This document shows positions 9,997 through 20,884 of a stretch of 64,000 bases of DNA, piece after piece (within the stretch, counting starts at the first letter, position 1; the number at the start of each line of letters is the position of its first letter). The notes under the pieces are model-generated. The model saw only the letters and a program-made list of their open reading frames with translations, was not told the DNA's origin and ran no database searches. The DNA is taken from contig JAKPPP010000195.1 of assembly GCA_029547265.1 (NCBI GenBank), positions 795 to 64,794 on the forward strand. The letters run 5' to 3'. Position numbers and translations under genes: made by a program. The stretch is from Bacteroidota bacterium (GTDB lineage: Bacteria > Bacteroidota > Bacteroidia > AKYH767-A > OLB10).

Positions 9997-10156
9997 AATG
10001 AATTGATTTGTGGGGTTTAAATTGTTTGTTTTTAGGTTTGTTTAACTTTTTACTTGAAATATTAAACAAAACTTAATCCATAAAAGTTTTCGAGTTTTGT
10101 CAAAGAAATGTCAATTCAATTTCACTGATTTGTATCAGGTGCCAAGGAAAAGCCGT

Positions 10157-10164
10157 ACCTTTGC
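10157..10164 (+). promoter_or_regulatory. Candidate -7 box (TAccTTTG) in the long typA upstream region
   Basis: tacctttg matches TAnnTTTG. There is a TTTG at about 10131-10134 roughly 22 nt upstream. This would give a leader of about 150 nt. Confidence 0.2.
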
Positions 10165-10321
10165 AGTCCTAAAAGGCATGAAGTACATAGCCGTCTGAAA
10201 TTCAGCTTATTGTAATTATTGAGGATTAGTCAATAAGCGATAAAAGAATAGCAAACCGGCAAAAACTTCGAGTTTTAGGGAATAAAACAATAAAAAATCA
10301 ATACTGCATCGCAGATCGCCC

Positions 10322-12133
10322 ATGCAATCAATTCGCAACATCGCCATTATCGCCCACGTTGACCACGGCAAAACTACATTGGTCGACAAAATTTTACATC
10401 AAACTCAATTATTCCGTGACAATGAAAAAACGGGAGATTTGATTCTTGATAACAACGACCTTGAACGTGAGCGTGGAATTACCATTGTCGCTAAAAACGT
10501 TTCTGTTAACTACAAAGGACATAAAATCAACATCATTGATACACCGGGCCACGCCGACTTCGGAGGTGAGGTTGAGCGTGTAATGAACATGGCTGACGGA
10601 GTAATTTTGTTAGTAGATGCCTTTGAAGGTCCGATGCCGCAAACGCGTTTCGTACTTACAAAAGCAATTGAAATGGGCAAGCGTGCCGTGTTGGTTATCA
10701 ACAAGGTAGATAAAGAAAATTGTCGCCCTGAAGAGGTACATGAAAAAGTATTCGACTTATTCTTCCACCTTGATGCAACTGAAGATCAGTTAGGATTCCC
10801 TACTGTTTACGGTTCATCGAAACAAGGTTGGATGAGTTACGATTATAAAAATCCTACTACCGACGTAACAGCTTTATTAGATACAATCATTGATTACATC
10901 CCTAAACCGGAAATCGTTGAAGGAACGCCTCAGATGTTAATTACATCATTAGACTTCTCTTCATATGTTGGTCGTATTGCTATCGGACGTATTAGCCGTG
11001 GATCATTAAAAGAAAACCAACCGGTTACTTTGATGAAGCGCGACGGAACCATGAAGAAATCACGTATTAAAGAAATCTTTGTTTTCGAAGGCTTAGGTCG
11101 TCGTAAGGCAGAAATCGTAACGTGTGGTGATTTATGTGCCGTAACAGGAATCGAAGATTTCGATATCGGTGATACTATTGCTGACTTTGAAAATCCGGAG
11201 GCCCTTACTCCTATCTCTGTTGATGAGCCTACAATGTGTATGCTTTTCACCATCAACAACAGTCCTTTCTTCGGAAAAGAAGGTCGTTTTGTAACATCTC
11301 GTCACGTTCGTGATCGTTTATACAAAGAGTTAGAGAAGAACTTAGCGATGCGTGTTGTTGAGACTGAATCACCTGATTCATACTTAGTATACGGACGTGG
11401 AGTACTTCACTTATCGATCTTGATTGAAACGATGCGTCGCGAAGGTTATGAATTACAAGTAGGACAACCTCAGGTAATCATAAAAGAAATCGACGGACAA
11501 CGTCATGAGCCTGTTGAACATTTAACAGTTGATACTCCTGAAGAAGTTGCAGGTAAAGTAATTGAATTAGTAACGCAGAAGAAAGGTGAATTAAAAATCA
11601 TGGAGCCAAAGGGTGACCTTCAGCATCTTGAATTTGAAATTCCTGCTCGCGGATTAATCGGATTACGTAGTAACGTACTTACTGCTACAGCGGGACGTGC
11701 AACGATGGCTCACCGTTTCAAAAGCTACGAACCTTGGAAAGGCCCAATCGCGGGACGTATTTCAGGAGTATTGTTAGCGAAAGAAACAGGAACTGCCACT
11801 CCTTACTCTATTGATCGTATGCAAGATCGCGGATTCTTCTTTACTGATCCGGGTGAGGCTGTTTATGCAGGACAAGTTATCGGACAACATATTCGTCCCG
11901 ATGATTTAGTAATCAACGTTTGCGAAGCGAAGAAACTCACTAACATGCGTGCTTCCGGTAGCGACGACAACGTTCGTATTGCACCGGCTGTTAAGTTTTC
12001 ATTGGAAGAATCGATGGAGTATATCGAGAAAGATGAGTACTTAGAAATCACTCCGAAATCATTGAGAATGCGTAAAGTTCACCTCGATGAAAATACGAGA
12101 AAGAGAATGTCGAAGAAAGAAGAAACGGTTTAA
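10322..12133 (+). CDS. typA: Translational GTPase TypA/BipA
   Basis: 603 aa. The G-domain has AHVDHGKTT, DTPGHADF and NKVD, and the domain layout is EF-G-like. Confidence 0.95.
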   Translation: MQSIRNIAIIAHVDHGKTTLVDKILHQTQLFRDNEKTGDLILDNNDLERERGITIVAKNVSVNYKGHKINIIDTPGHADFGGEVERVMNMADGVILLVDAFEGPMPQTRFVLTKAIEMGKRAVLVINKVDKENCRPEEVHEKVFDLFFHLDATEDQLGFPTVYGSSKQGWMSYDYKNPTTDVTALLDTIIDYIPKPEIVEGTPQMLITSLDFSSYVGRIAIGRISRGSLKENQPVTLMKRDGTMKKSRIKEIFVFEGLGRRKAEIVTCGDLCAVTGIEDFDIGDTIADFENPEALTPISVDEPTMCMLFTINNSPFFGKEGRFVTSRHVRDRLYKELEKNLAMRVVETESPDSYLVYGRGVLHLSILIETMRREGYELQVGQPQVIIKEIDGQRHEPVEHLTVDTPEEVAGKVIELVTQKKGELKIMEPKGDLQHLEFEIPARGLIGLRSNVLTATAGRATMAHRFKSYEPWKGPIAGRISGVLLAKETGTATPYSIDRMQDRGFFFTDPGEAVYAGQVIGQHIRPDDLVINVCEAKKLTNMRASGSDDNVRIAPAVKFSLEESMEYIEKDEYLEITPKSLRMRKVHLDENTRKRMSKKEETV

Positions 12134-12152
12134 TCACCATTCTATAAATACT

Positions 12153-12183
12153 AAAAAGGGAGCTCATTGCTCCCTTTTTTATT
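12153..12183 (+). terminator. Rho-independent terminator for typA
   Basis: Stem gggagc / gctccc with loop tcatt, followed by a T7 run. Confidence 0.7.
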
Positions 12184-12193
12184 TAGTATAAGT

Positions 12194-12224
12194 CACAAAA
12201 AAAGCGGGATAAATTATCCCGCTT
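12194..12224 (-). terminator. Rho-independent terminator for the convergent M13 peptidase gene
   Basis: Stem agcgggat / atcccgct. On the minus strand it is followed by a T-run (the plus-strand A7 at 12196-12202). Confidence 0.7.
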
Positions 12225-12261
12225 AAATAAGAACTTGGTACGTTTTATTTGCAATAAACTA

Positions 12262-14295
12262 TTACCAGATTTTAGCTCTGTCTTTATCGTTACGATACAT
12301 TCCGTTTCCTTCTTTCACATCAAATGCCTTATAAAATTCCGGCATATTTGATAATGTACCTAATACTCGGAAGTTAGCAGGAGAGTGAACATCAGTAAGA
12401 ATACGTTTACGTAACATTTCTTCTTTAATATTTTGTTTCCAAACTTGACCAAACGCTAGGAAGAAGCGTTGTTCTTCATTATATCCATTGATCAATAATG
12501 GAGCAATACCTTCGCGTGAATTTTGAAGCGCTTGATATGCTGTACTTAATCCACCTAAGTCAGCAATATTCTCACCGATTGTCAACTCACCATTGACAAA
12601 TACACCTGGCAGTGCTTCGAATTTATTAAAGCATTCAATTAACACTTTCGATTTCTCTTCAAATAGTTTGCGATCATTTTCTGTCCACCAATCTATCATA
12701 TTACCATTTCCGTCATATTTAGATCCTTGATCATCGAAACCGTGAGTAATTTCATGTCCGATAACAGCACCTAAAGACCCATAATTTGTTGCATCATCGG
12801 CCTCAGGATAATAGAATGGAGGTTGCATAATTGCTGCCGGGAAGACGATCTCATTTAAAGTAGGTTCATAATATGCATTTACTTGATGAGGTAACATTTG
12901 CCATTCAGATTTATCTACAGGTTTACCTAATTTATTAATCATGAACCTGAAAGAAAACTCTTCGGCACGCATAACATTTAACACGAATGCATCGGCTTTA
13001 ACATCAAGTTTTGAATAATCTTTCCATTTATCAGGATACCCTAATTTAGTATTAAAATGGCTTAATTTTTCAAGTGCTTTCTTTTTAGTTTCATCGCTCA
13101 TCCAATCCAAGCGATTAATTCTATTCTTATACGCAACAAGAATGTTTTTAACCATTGCTTGAACTCGACCTTTAAGTTCAGGACTAAAATACTTCTCAAC
13201 ATAAATTTGGCCAACTATTTCACCAATTGATCCGTCGCAAGCACTTAATGCCCGCTTCCAACGCGGACGCATCACTTGAGTTCCATTTAATGTTTTACCG
13301 TAGAAATTAAAATTCTCGTTAACAAATTCGCTATTCAATTGATTGGCATAGGTAGTAATATAATGCCATGTTAAGTAAGCTTTCCAAGTATCAACAGAAA
13401 CTGATTCATATATAGTTGAAAAACTCTTTATGTACTCAGGTTGATTCACAATGATTTTTCCACCGGTAGGAATACCACAAGCTTTAGTGTACACATTCCA
13501 ATCAAATGATGGCGACATTTTAGTTAATTCATCATAAGTACGAGGATTATAAGTTTTCTCTTCATCGCGCATTTCCACACGAGACATAGAGATCTTTGCT
13601 AAATCCGTTTCTAATGAAAGAATAGACTCTGCAGTTTGCTTTGGATTAGCATAATTGATCATCGACAACATTTTTGTCATATGATCAACATATGCAATAC
13701 GATAATTAGCATTACGCTCGTCTTCTTTTAAATAATAATCGCGATCAGGTAATCCAAGTCCACTTTGCGAAATATACAATACATAAGAACTGCTATTCTT
13801 TAAATCACGACCCACATAAAACCCAAATGCATTGTCAACACCCTTTACAGAAAGATCGGCCATACATGTAGCTACGTCTTTTTTAGATTTAAGTGAAGCG
13901 ATTTTCTCTAAATCGGGTTTTATCAAGCTTATTCCTTGAAGTTCAGCTTTAGCTGAATCCATTGCCAACAAATAAAAGTCACGCAATTTTTGATGCAATG
14001 ATCCTTGCGGTGCTTTTGTATCTTTAGCAACACTTTCAACTGCCTTGCGAATCTTCTTGTTGTTTTCTTCAGAAAGTACATCGAAGCTCCCCCATCGGCT
14101 TTGATCGGCCGGTATTGGATTATTTTTCAACCAATTACCATTTGCATAATGGTAAAAATCATCTTTAGGGCTCATAGTAGTATCAATTGAACTGATATCA
14201 ATTCCTTTGATAGGTTTTTGATCTGCCATAAAAGCAAAAGCCAAAGCCGTACCGGTAGTAACAGCTAGCACTGCTAACATTTTCATTTTATTCAT
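12262..14295 (-). CDS. M13-family zinc metallopeptidase (PepO/neprilysin-like)
   Basis: 677 aa with a signal peptide. HEITHGFDDQG is the HExxH motif and the overall length fits M13. Confidence 0.9.
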   Translation of the reverse strand: MNKMKMLAVLAVTTGTALAFAFMADQKPIKGIDISSIDTTMSPKDDFYHYANGNWLKNNPIPADQSRWGSFDVLSEENNKKIRKAVESVAKDTKAPQGSLHQKLRDFYLLAMDSAKAELQGISLIKPDLEKIASLKSKKDVATCMADLSVKGVDNAFGFYVGRDLKNSSSYVLYISQSGLGLPDRDYYLKEDERNANYRIAYVDHMTKMLSMINYANPKQTAESILSLETDLAKISMSRVEMRDEEKTYNPRTYDELTKMSPSFDWNVYTKACGIPTGGKIIVNQPEYIKSFSTIYESVSVDTWKAYLTWHYITTYANQLNSEFVNENFNFYGKTLNGTQVMRPRWKRALSACDGSIGEIVGQIYVEKYFSPELKGRVQAMVKNILVAYKNRINRLDWMSDETKKKALEKLSHFNTKLGYPDKWKDYSKLDVKADAFVLNVMRAEEFSFRFMINKLGKPVDKSEWQMLPHQVNAYYEPTLNEIVFPAAIMQPPFYYPEADDATNYGSLGAVIGHEITHGFDDQGSKYDGNGNMIDWWTENDRKLFEEKSKVLIECFNKFEALPGVFVNGELTIGENIADLGGLSTAYQALQNSREGIAPLLINGYNEEQRFFLAFGQVWKQNIKEEMLRKRILTDVHSPANFRVLGTLSNMPEFYKAFDVKEGNGMYRNDKDRAKIW

Positions 14296-14497
14296 CGATC
14301 CATTTTATTTGTGGCTCGAAGTAATAAAACAATCTAATAGAAAGCAAAACATTTAGACCATTCACCACATTTTCCTGATAAAACACTCAAAATGACCTTA
14401 AAAACTGTCTTGTCGAATAAATAATCGGTTTGATCGGAATGAATATCAATTTGAGCGAAATTCGCGCTTTTTAATTGCACTTAAAGCTATCTTTGAA

Positions 14498-15571
14498 TTG
14501 ATGATAGACCGATTATTAGATCACTATAACCGACAATTGCCTAATCCGAAATTGAGAAGTATCCTACTCCACTCTCTATTTTGGTTTGTTTGGCTTTCGC
14601 GTACTATGTACGATATTAAAGATTTGTGGGGATGGAATTGGAGTTTAATTTATATCGGTGTTATTTTTATTTGTCAAGCCCCATTAGTTTATATCCATCT
14701 TTACCTATTAGTGCCTAAACTTTTAAATAAAAGGCATTATGTTGCTCATTTTATTAGCATAGGCTCATTAATTTACCTCTATTCATTTTGCAATTACAGC
14801 ATATTAATGGCATTGCCTAGAGAAGGCATGCCAGATATTATGTTGAGATTCTTAGGTAGAATTCAGCCCAATTTCGATTTATTAGAAGGAATGATAGTGG
14901 TGATACTTACATATGCTTTGAAGTATACTTTAATTGCCTTTATCACTCAAACAGAACTGTTGAAGTTGCAAAAAGAAAAACTTCAGCTTGAATTAAATGC
15001 TTTAAAAGCACAAATACATCCGCATTTTTTATTCAACACCTTAAACAATCTTTATTCGTTAACGCTTAAAAATTCTGAGAAAGCATCTGAAGTAGTTCTG
15101 AAACTATCAGACATTATGCGTTATGTTTTGTATCAAGCGAACGAGCAACAAGTCGACTTAAAAAAAGAAATAGAATTCGCTAAAAACTATGTCGATTTAC
15201 AACGCATCCGTTATCAAGATAAATACAGCATTACATTTGAAACTAGTGGCGATTTCGGAGAATTAAAAGTGGCACCTCTTTTGTTTATCGACTTCATTGA
15301 AAACGCATTTAAACATGGGCTTGAAAGAAGATTTAACGACGGATTTGTCTCAGTAAAATTCAAAATTGAAAAAGACTTGGTATCGTTAAACGTAATTAAT
15401 TCAAAAGGACAAAACGACGAAGATTTACCTGCCGGAAATACTAAACGAAAAGGCATCGGACTACAAAACGTTCAGCGACGATTAGACTTGATTTATGGCG
15501 AATCGCATCAACTAAAAATTGCGGAAACGGATGAAACATTTGAAATTCACTTATTACTTCAACTATCATGA
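14498..15571 (+). CDS. LytS/YehU-type sensor histidine kinase
   Basis: N-terminal TM helices, then the His_kinase motif HPHFLFNTLNNL and an HATPase_c-like C-terminus. Confidence 0.85.
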   Translation: MMIDRLLDHYNRQLPNPKLRSILLHSLFWFVWLSRTMYDIKDLWGWNWSLIYIGVIFICQAPLVYIHLYLLVPKLLNKRHYVAHFISIGSLIYLYSFCNYSILMALPREGMPDIMLRFLGRIQPNFDLLEGMIVVILTYALKYTLIAFITQTELLKLQKEKLQLELNALKAQIHPHFLFNTLNNLYSLTLKNSEKASEVVLKLSDIMRYVLYQANEQQVDLKKEIEFAKNYVDLQRIRYQDKYSITFETSGDFGELKVAPLLFIDFIENAFKHGLERRFNDGFVSVKFKIEKDLVSLNVINSKGQNDEDLPAGNTKRKGIGLQNVQRRLDLIYGESHQLKIAETDETFEIHLLLQLS

Positions 15572-16278
15572 TTAAGCTAAAATGTATTATCGTTGATGAT
15601 GAACCATTAGCGCAAGAAGTATTAGAAAGATATCTCGAAAATATCAGAGAAATTGAATTGGTAAAAAAATGCTCGAATGCGCTTGAAGCATTTGAAGTTC
15701 TTCATACAGAACATATCGATTTAATGTTTTTAGATATATCTATGCCGGTGATTTCGGGAATTGATTTCTTACGTTCACTGAGAAAAGCACCTGCAGTAAT
15801 TATCACCACCGCTTATCCTGATTATGCTTTACAGGGTTACGAACTCGATGTAGTTGACTACCTTGTAAAGCCAGTATCACTTGAACGATTCATGAAAGGA
15901 GTTAACAAAGCGGTTGAACGTATTAAAGCAATTAATCCTTTACCGGCCCAAGAAGTGAAGCCAACCAAAGTGGATTATATGTTTGTTAAGAGCGATCAGA
16001 AACTAATCAAAATTCGTTTTAGTGATATCGATTATATCGAAGGCATGAAGGACTATGTAAAAATCTATACAACAGAGAAGATGATTGTTACTCTTCACAC
16101 TATGAAATATTTCGAGAGCAATCTTCCTTCAGGTAACTTCATGCGTATTCATAAATCTTATATTGTAAATCTGGATGCCATAAAATCGATAAGCGGAAAT
16201 GAGCTTGAATTGAAGACTGTTCGCTTACCTATCGGTAGCTCATACAAGGAAGTTTTGATGAAGAAAATTTCATCTTAA
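15568..16278 (+). CDS. LytTR-family response regulator
   Basis: REC domain (DDE...D phospho-acceptor context) plus a C-terminal LytTR DNA-binding domain. It overlaps the kinase gene by 4 nt. Confidence 0.9.
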   Translation: MIKLKCIIVDDEPLAQEVLERYLENIREIELVKKCSNALEAFEVLHTEHIDLMFLDISMPVISGIDFLRSLRKAPAVIITTAYPDYALQGYELDVVDYLVKPVSLERFMKGVNKAVERIKAINPLPAQEVKPTKVDYMFVKSDQKLIKIRFSDIDYIEGMKDYVKIYTTEKMIVTLHTMKYFESNLPSGNFMRIHKSYIVNLDAIKSISGNELELKTVRLPIGSSYKEVLMKKISS

Positions 16279-16406
16279 GCACATTTTCTGCCATTGCACC
16301 CCTATACACAAGCGTTTTACCGAAAAGTACAAACTGCAATTTGCCATGTTGAGGGATTTCAGCTAATTTTGAGAGACCAAAACTACCCATTCACCCCTCA
16401 CTAACC

Positions 16407-18761
16407 ATGAAGAAAATTTACTCATTGGTCATCTTAATGATGATCAGCATGATTTCATTTGGACAGTTAAATGTCACTTTGAGATCGCACTTACCATTTT
16501 CGGTAGCATTATCGAATATTGGAGGATACGTTGACAGTTCAGGCAACGAGTATGCCTTAGTAGGCACTTATAACGGATTGTCAATTGTTGACGTAACAGA
16601 TCCTGCTAACCCCGTTATTAAATTTAACATCCCCGGAACAAATAGCGATTGGAGAGAAGTGAAAACATGGCAAAACTATGCTTATGTTACTACTGAGGGA
16701 TGCTGCAACGGATTGCAAATTTTGAATTTAGGTTATCTTCCTGACTCGGTTCCAATGAAATATTACAAAGGAAACGGCGCAATTAACAATCAAATAAACA
16801 GAATACATGCTTTACATATAGATGCCGGATTTGCTTATTTATACGGAAGCGATTTATTTAGTGGTGCGGCAATAATTCTCGATTTAAGTAATCCTTGGTC
16901 GCCAAATTACATGGGACATACACCTGGAACTTATATCCATGACGGATATGTTCGTAATGATACATTATTTGGATGTCATATCTACGATGGGTATTTCTCC
17001 GTGATTGACGTAACAAACAAAGCTAATCCTGTTACAATTACAACACAAAATACTCCGAATTTATTTACTCATAATTCATGGTTAAATGATGCAGGGAATG
17101 TGCTATTTACTACAGATGAAGTGAGTGATTCTTATTTAACTTCATACGACATTTCCGATCTTAACAACATCACCGAACTTAATCGAATTCAACTTACGCC
17201 CGGATCAGGGTCGATTGTTCATAATACTCATACATTAAACGACTTTGAAGTTGTTAGTTGGTACAAAGACGGAATAGCAATTGTAGATGCAAGTCACCCC
17301 GATAATATGATTGTTACTGGAAGTTATGATACATATTCTCAAGGTTCGGGAGATGGATTTAACGGATGTTGGGGAGTTTATCCGTATCTTCCTTCTGGAA
17401 ATTTAGTTGTGTCGGATATCGATAATGGACTTTATGTACTAACGCCTACGTATGTACGAGGATGTTATTTAGAAGGTAATGTTACAGATTCTGTAAGTGG
17501 TTCCCCATTAAACGGAGTTACTGTAACAATCTTAACAACATCAATTAGCAAGCAAACAAAAATAACAGGAGATTATAAAACCGGATTAGCAACTGCAGGA
17601 ACATACGATGTTCAGTTTTCGAAGGCAGGTTATGTTACTAAAACTATTACAGGTGTATCGTTACAAAATGGTGTTTTAACGAATTTAAATGTGCAGCTTA
17701 CAAGCTTTGCAACAATTACGGCTACGGGTACCGTTATAAATTCTAATACAGGTGCTCCAATTGCTAATGCAACTATCCACTTCAGCAATTCGCAATTCGA
17801 TGTTACAGCCACTACTAATGCGTCTGGACAATATACTTTAAATAGTTTCTATGGTGGAACGTACGATATTACCGCCGGTAAATGGGGATTCCGTAACGAT
17901 TGCAGCAACCAATCAGTAACAGCTACTCCTCTTACCATTTATTTAACTCCGGGATATTATGACGATTTCGCTCTTGATTTCGGATGGGCAATATCAGGTC
18001 CTTCGGGCAACACATGGGAACGTGCCATTCCTGTCGCAACAATGAATAATTCAGCAATGGCTAATCCGGGAAGTGATGTTACAGGTGATTGTGGTGATAT
18101 GGCATTTGTTACTGATAACGGTGGTGGCGGTCCATGGGATAACGACGTTGATAATGGAGCTACAATCCTTACTTCACCTTCATTTGATGGTACATTATAT
18201 ACTGCTCCGCGATTGTCTTATGCTCGATGGTTCTATAATGGAGGAACTACAAACGGACAACCGGATGATACTATGAGCGTTTATATTTCAAACGGAACAA
18301 GCACTGTTCTTTTAGAACGTACATATGCAGGTCAACCTTTACAAAGTCAATGGGTAAATCAGAATTTCCTATTAAGCAACTTTATCGCCTTATCGAACAA
18401 TATGCACTTGATAGTGAATATTAGTGATCCTGGTCCGGTATTCAACATTGTTGAAGGCGGGTTAGATAACTTCAAAATAGACGAAACAGTTGGTCTCTCG
18501 ACAGTTAAGGGTGCTGATGGCATTCTAAATGCTTACCCTAATCCTTTTATCAACAGCATTACCTTTACCTTAGCGGGCAACGATAAACTTGCATCGACTT
18601 TGGTTATTACCGATATTACCGGACGTGTTTTAGAGCAAATTCAAGTGACAGGAACTAATCAGAAGGTGGAGATGGGCAAAACATTACCGGCAGGATTATA
18701 CATCGCAAGATTGATGAAATCGGACGGAACAAGCACTGATATTAAAATTACTAAGCAATAA
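16407..18761 (+). CDS. Large secreted protein with a T9SS type A sorting domain
   Basis: 784 aa with a signal peptide. An N-terminal beta-propeller-like region is followed by two carboxypeptidase-regulatory-like domains (GNVTDSVSGSPLNGVTV...; GTVINSNTGAPIANATI...). The C-terminus LNAYPNPFINSITFTL...GLYIARLM is the CTD. Confidence 0.7.
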   Translation: MKKIYSLVILMMISMISFGQLNVTLRSHLPFSVALSNIGGYVDSSGNEYALVGTYNGLSIVDVTDPANPVIKFNIPGTNSDWREVKTWQNYAYVTTEGCCNGLQILNLGYLPDSVPMKYYKGNGAINNQINRIHALHIDAGFAYLYGSDLFSGAAIILDLSNPWSPNYMGHTPGTYIHDGYVRNDTLFGCHIYDGYFSVIDVTNKANPVTITTQNTPNLFTHNSWLNDAGNVLFTTDEVSDSYLTSYDISDLNNITELNRIQLTPGSGSIVHNTHTLNDFEVVSWYKDGIAIVDASHPDNMIVTGSYDTYSQGSGDGFNGCWGVYPYLPSGNLVVSDIDNGLYVLTPTYVRGCYLEGNVTDSVSGSPLNGVTVTILTTSISKQTKITGDYKTGLATAGTYDVQFSKAGYVTKTITGVSLQNGVLTNLNVQLTSFATITATGTVINSNTGAPIANATIHFSNSQFDVTATTNASGQYTLNSFYGGTYDITAGKWGFRNDCSNQSVTATPLTIYLTPGYYDDFALDFGWAISGPSGNTWERAIPVATMNNSAMANPGSDVTGDCGDMAFVTDNGGGGPWDNDVDNGATILTSPSFDGTLYTAPRLSYARWFYNGGTTNGQPDDTMSVYISNGTSTVLLERTYAGQPLQSQWVNQNFLLSNFIALSNNMHLIVNISDPGPVFNIVEGGLDNFKIDETVGLSTVKGADGILNAYPNPFINSITFTLAGNDKLASTLVITDITGRVLEQIQVTGTNQKVEMGKTLPAGLYIARLMKSDGTSTDIKITKQ

Positions 18762-18778
18762 TTAGCATTAGTTCATTG

Positions 18779-18810
18779 AAAAGGCTCCTAAATCAGGAGC
18801 CTTTTTTTAT
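18779..18810 (+). terminator. Rho-independent terminator
   Basis: Stem aggctcct / aggagcct with loop aaatc, followed by T7. Confidence 0.75.
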
Positions 18811-18900
18811 ACACCTCTACCTGTTGAAAGACTTTATGAAGAAACAGGAAAGAGCGCGCGATTAGTCTCAATATTTGTAGTTCATTTACGTTAGAGCTAC

Positions 18901-20823
18901 ATGTTTAAGGTTATAGGCAGTTTCATCGCATTATTCATTTTTGTTTCGACACCCGTTTCAGCCCAAAACAAGGCTAGGTGTCCTGAATCGACCGTTAAAA
19001 AATCGAATAAATATTACGATGATGCCAAAGACGCGAAGAAATCACGAGATCCTTATAAGAAGATTAAAGAACTTGTATTAAAATCGCTTGAAGAAGATTC
19101 GTTGAATGGAAATGCATGGTTGCTTTACGGCGATGTTGCTTTCACTAACCATGACGATGAAAACATGGCTAAAGCTTATGCAAAGGTTATTGAAATTTGT
19201 CCCGATGCCAGCGCAGAAGCATATTATCGTTTAGGAAATTATCAATACCAAAAAAAGGACTATAAAGCAGCGATCGATAATCTTCAATCCTTTCTCGACT
19301 TCAACAAAGTAAAAGAAGAAAATGGATTAGATGCAGCTCAAAAAATTCAACGAGCTAAAATCATGTCGAATCCTGTGCCATTTAATCCCGTGCCATTGAA
19401 GAATGTCTCAGGTGGTGATCCCGAATACTTGGCGGTGATATCACCCGATCAAGAGATTTGTTTTTTCACAAGACGATTTGATGAAGTAAAAAAAGGGTCA
19501 CTATATCCGAGTAACGTTGAAAAATTTATGATGGCGACTCGTATCAATGGCGAATTCAGCAAAGGTGAACCCATGCCACCACCGTTCAATAAAGCGGTAA
19601 ACGGAAACGAGGGTGGTGCGTCCGTAACAATTGATAACAAACATTTATTTTTCACTGTAAACAAAGCGGGTAACTTCGATATTTATACAAGTGATGAAGT
19701 AAAAGGAAAATGGACAGAGCCGGCAAGTATCGGCAGTAATGTTAATGATCCGAAATTATGGGATAGTCAACCAAGTGTTGCACCAGATGGAAGAACGCTT
19801 TACTTTGCAAGCTTCCGTGACTCTATAAACATGACAAGTGATATTTATCTCACAAAAAAAGATGAAAAAGGGAATTGGGGTAAGCCACAACCGTTACCTG
19901 CACCGATAAACACAAAGGGAAATGAAAAAACTCCTTTCATGCACCCTGACAACAAAACATTTTATTTCAGTTCCGATGCTTTACCTGGAATGGGGGGCTA
20001 TGATATTTACATGAGTAAGTTAAAAGATGATGGCAGTTGGTCTACACCAATAAATGTTGGGTATCCAATTAATACGGAAGCAGATGAAGTGGGATTCTTT
20101 GTAAGTACTGATGGTAAAAAAGGATATTATGCTTCAAATAGCCTTAAAGGAATCGGAGGATATGATATTTATGAATTCGACTTGCCCGAAAAAGTAAGGC
20201 CAGAGAAAGTATTATTCATTAAAGGAGAAGTTGAAGGTGATAAAGAAGCTATTGCTACAGCTAAAATTGAATTAAAGAAAGCAATTGGCAAAGAAAATTA
20301 TGATGTTACTTATGATACCATCACCGGAAAATATGCATCGGTAGTAGCATTTAATGACGACTTTATGCTGACTGTAAAAAAGCAAGGTTATGCATATAAT
20401 TCGGCTTACTTCTCTAAGGAAGATAGCACCTTGGAAGCTCCGAAGAAAGTGAATCTGCAATTAAAGAAAACAGAAGTTGGTCAAAGCTATAAACTTAATA
20501 ATATTCTATTCTCGACAAATTCATCGGAGTTAAATCCTCAAGACAAAAATATCCTTACCGATTTCAGTGATTATTTAAAATTAAATCCAGGGTTAAAAGT
20601 TACTATCCAGGGGCACACCGATAACTCGGGTAGCCCCACTGATAATATGAAATTATCGGAAGATCGAGCTAAATCAGTTTATGATTTTTTATCACAATGT
20701 GGAATAGTAAAAACGCGATTATCATATAAAGGATTTGGAGAAACGAAGCCAGTATCTAGCAATGAAAATGAAGATGGAAAAGCACAAAATCGACGAACGG
20801 AATTTGTGATTTTAAGCAAATAA
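18901..20823 (+). CDS. TPR / PD40 (TolB-like beta-propeller) / OmpA-domain outer-membrane-associated protein
   Basis: 640 aa with a signal peptide. The C-terminal OmpA peptidoglycan-binding domain reads NSSELNP...IQGHTDNSGS...NRRTEFVIL. The middle region has WD40-like repeats. Confidence 0.8.
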   Translation: MFKVIGSFIALFIFVSTPVSAQNKARCPESTVKKSNKYYDDAKDAKKSRDPYKKIKELVLKSLEEDSLNGNAWLLYGDVAFTNHDDENMAKAYAKVIEICPDASAEAYYRLGNYQYQKKDYKAAIDNLQSFLDFNKVKEENGLDAAQKIQRAKIMSNPVPFNPVPLKNVSGGDPEYLAVISPDQEICFFTRRFDEVKKGSLYPSNVEKFMMATRINGEFSKGEPMPPPFNKAVNGNEGGASVTIDNKHLFFTVNKAGNFDIYTSDEVKGKWTEPASIGSNVNDPKLWDSQPSVAPDGRTLYFASFRDSINMTSDIYLTKKDEKGNWGKPQPLPAPINTKGNEKTPFMHPDNKTFYFSSDALPGMGGYDIYMSKLKDDGSWSTPINVGYPINTEADEVGFFVSTDGKKGYYASNSLKGIGGYDIYEFDLPEKVRPEKVLFIKGEVEGDKEAIATAKIELKKAIGKENYDVTYDTITGKYASVVAFNDDFMLTVKKQGYAYNSAYFSKEDSTLEAPKKVNLQLKKTEVGQSYKLNNILFSTNSSELNPQDKNILTDFSDYLKLNPGLKVTIQGHTDNSGSPTDNMKLSEDRAKSVYDFLSQCGIVKTRLSYKGFGETKPVSSNENEDGKAQNRRTEFVILSK

Positions 20824-20884
20824 AACAGATAATAATAAGGTCAACGCTAAAACAGAATCGACCTTTTCTTTTTATTATTTCAAA

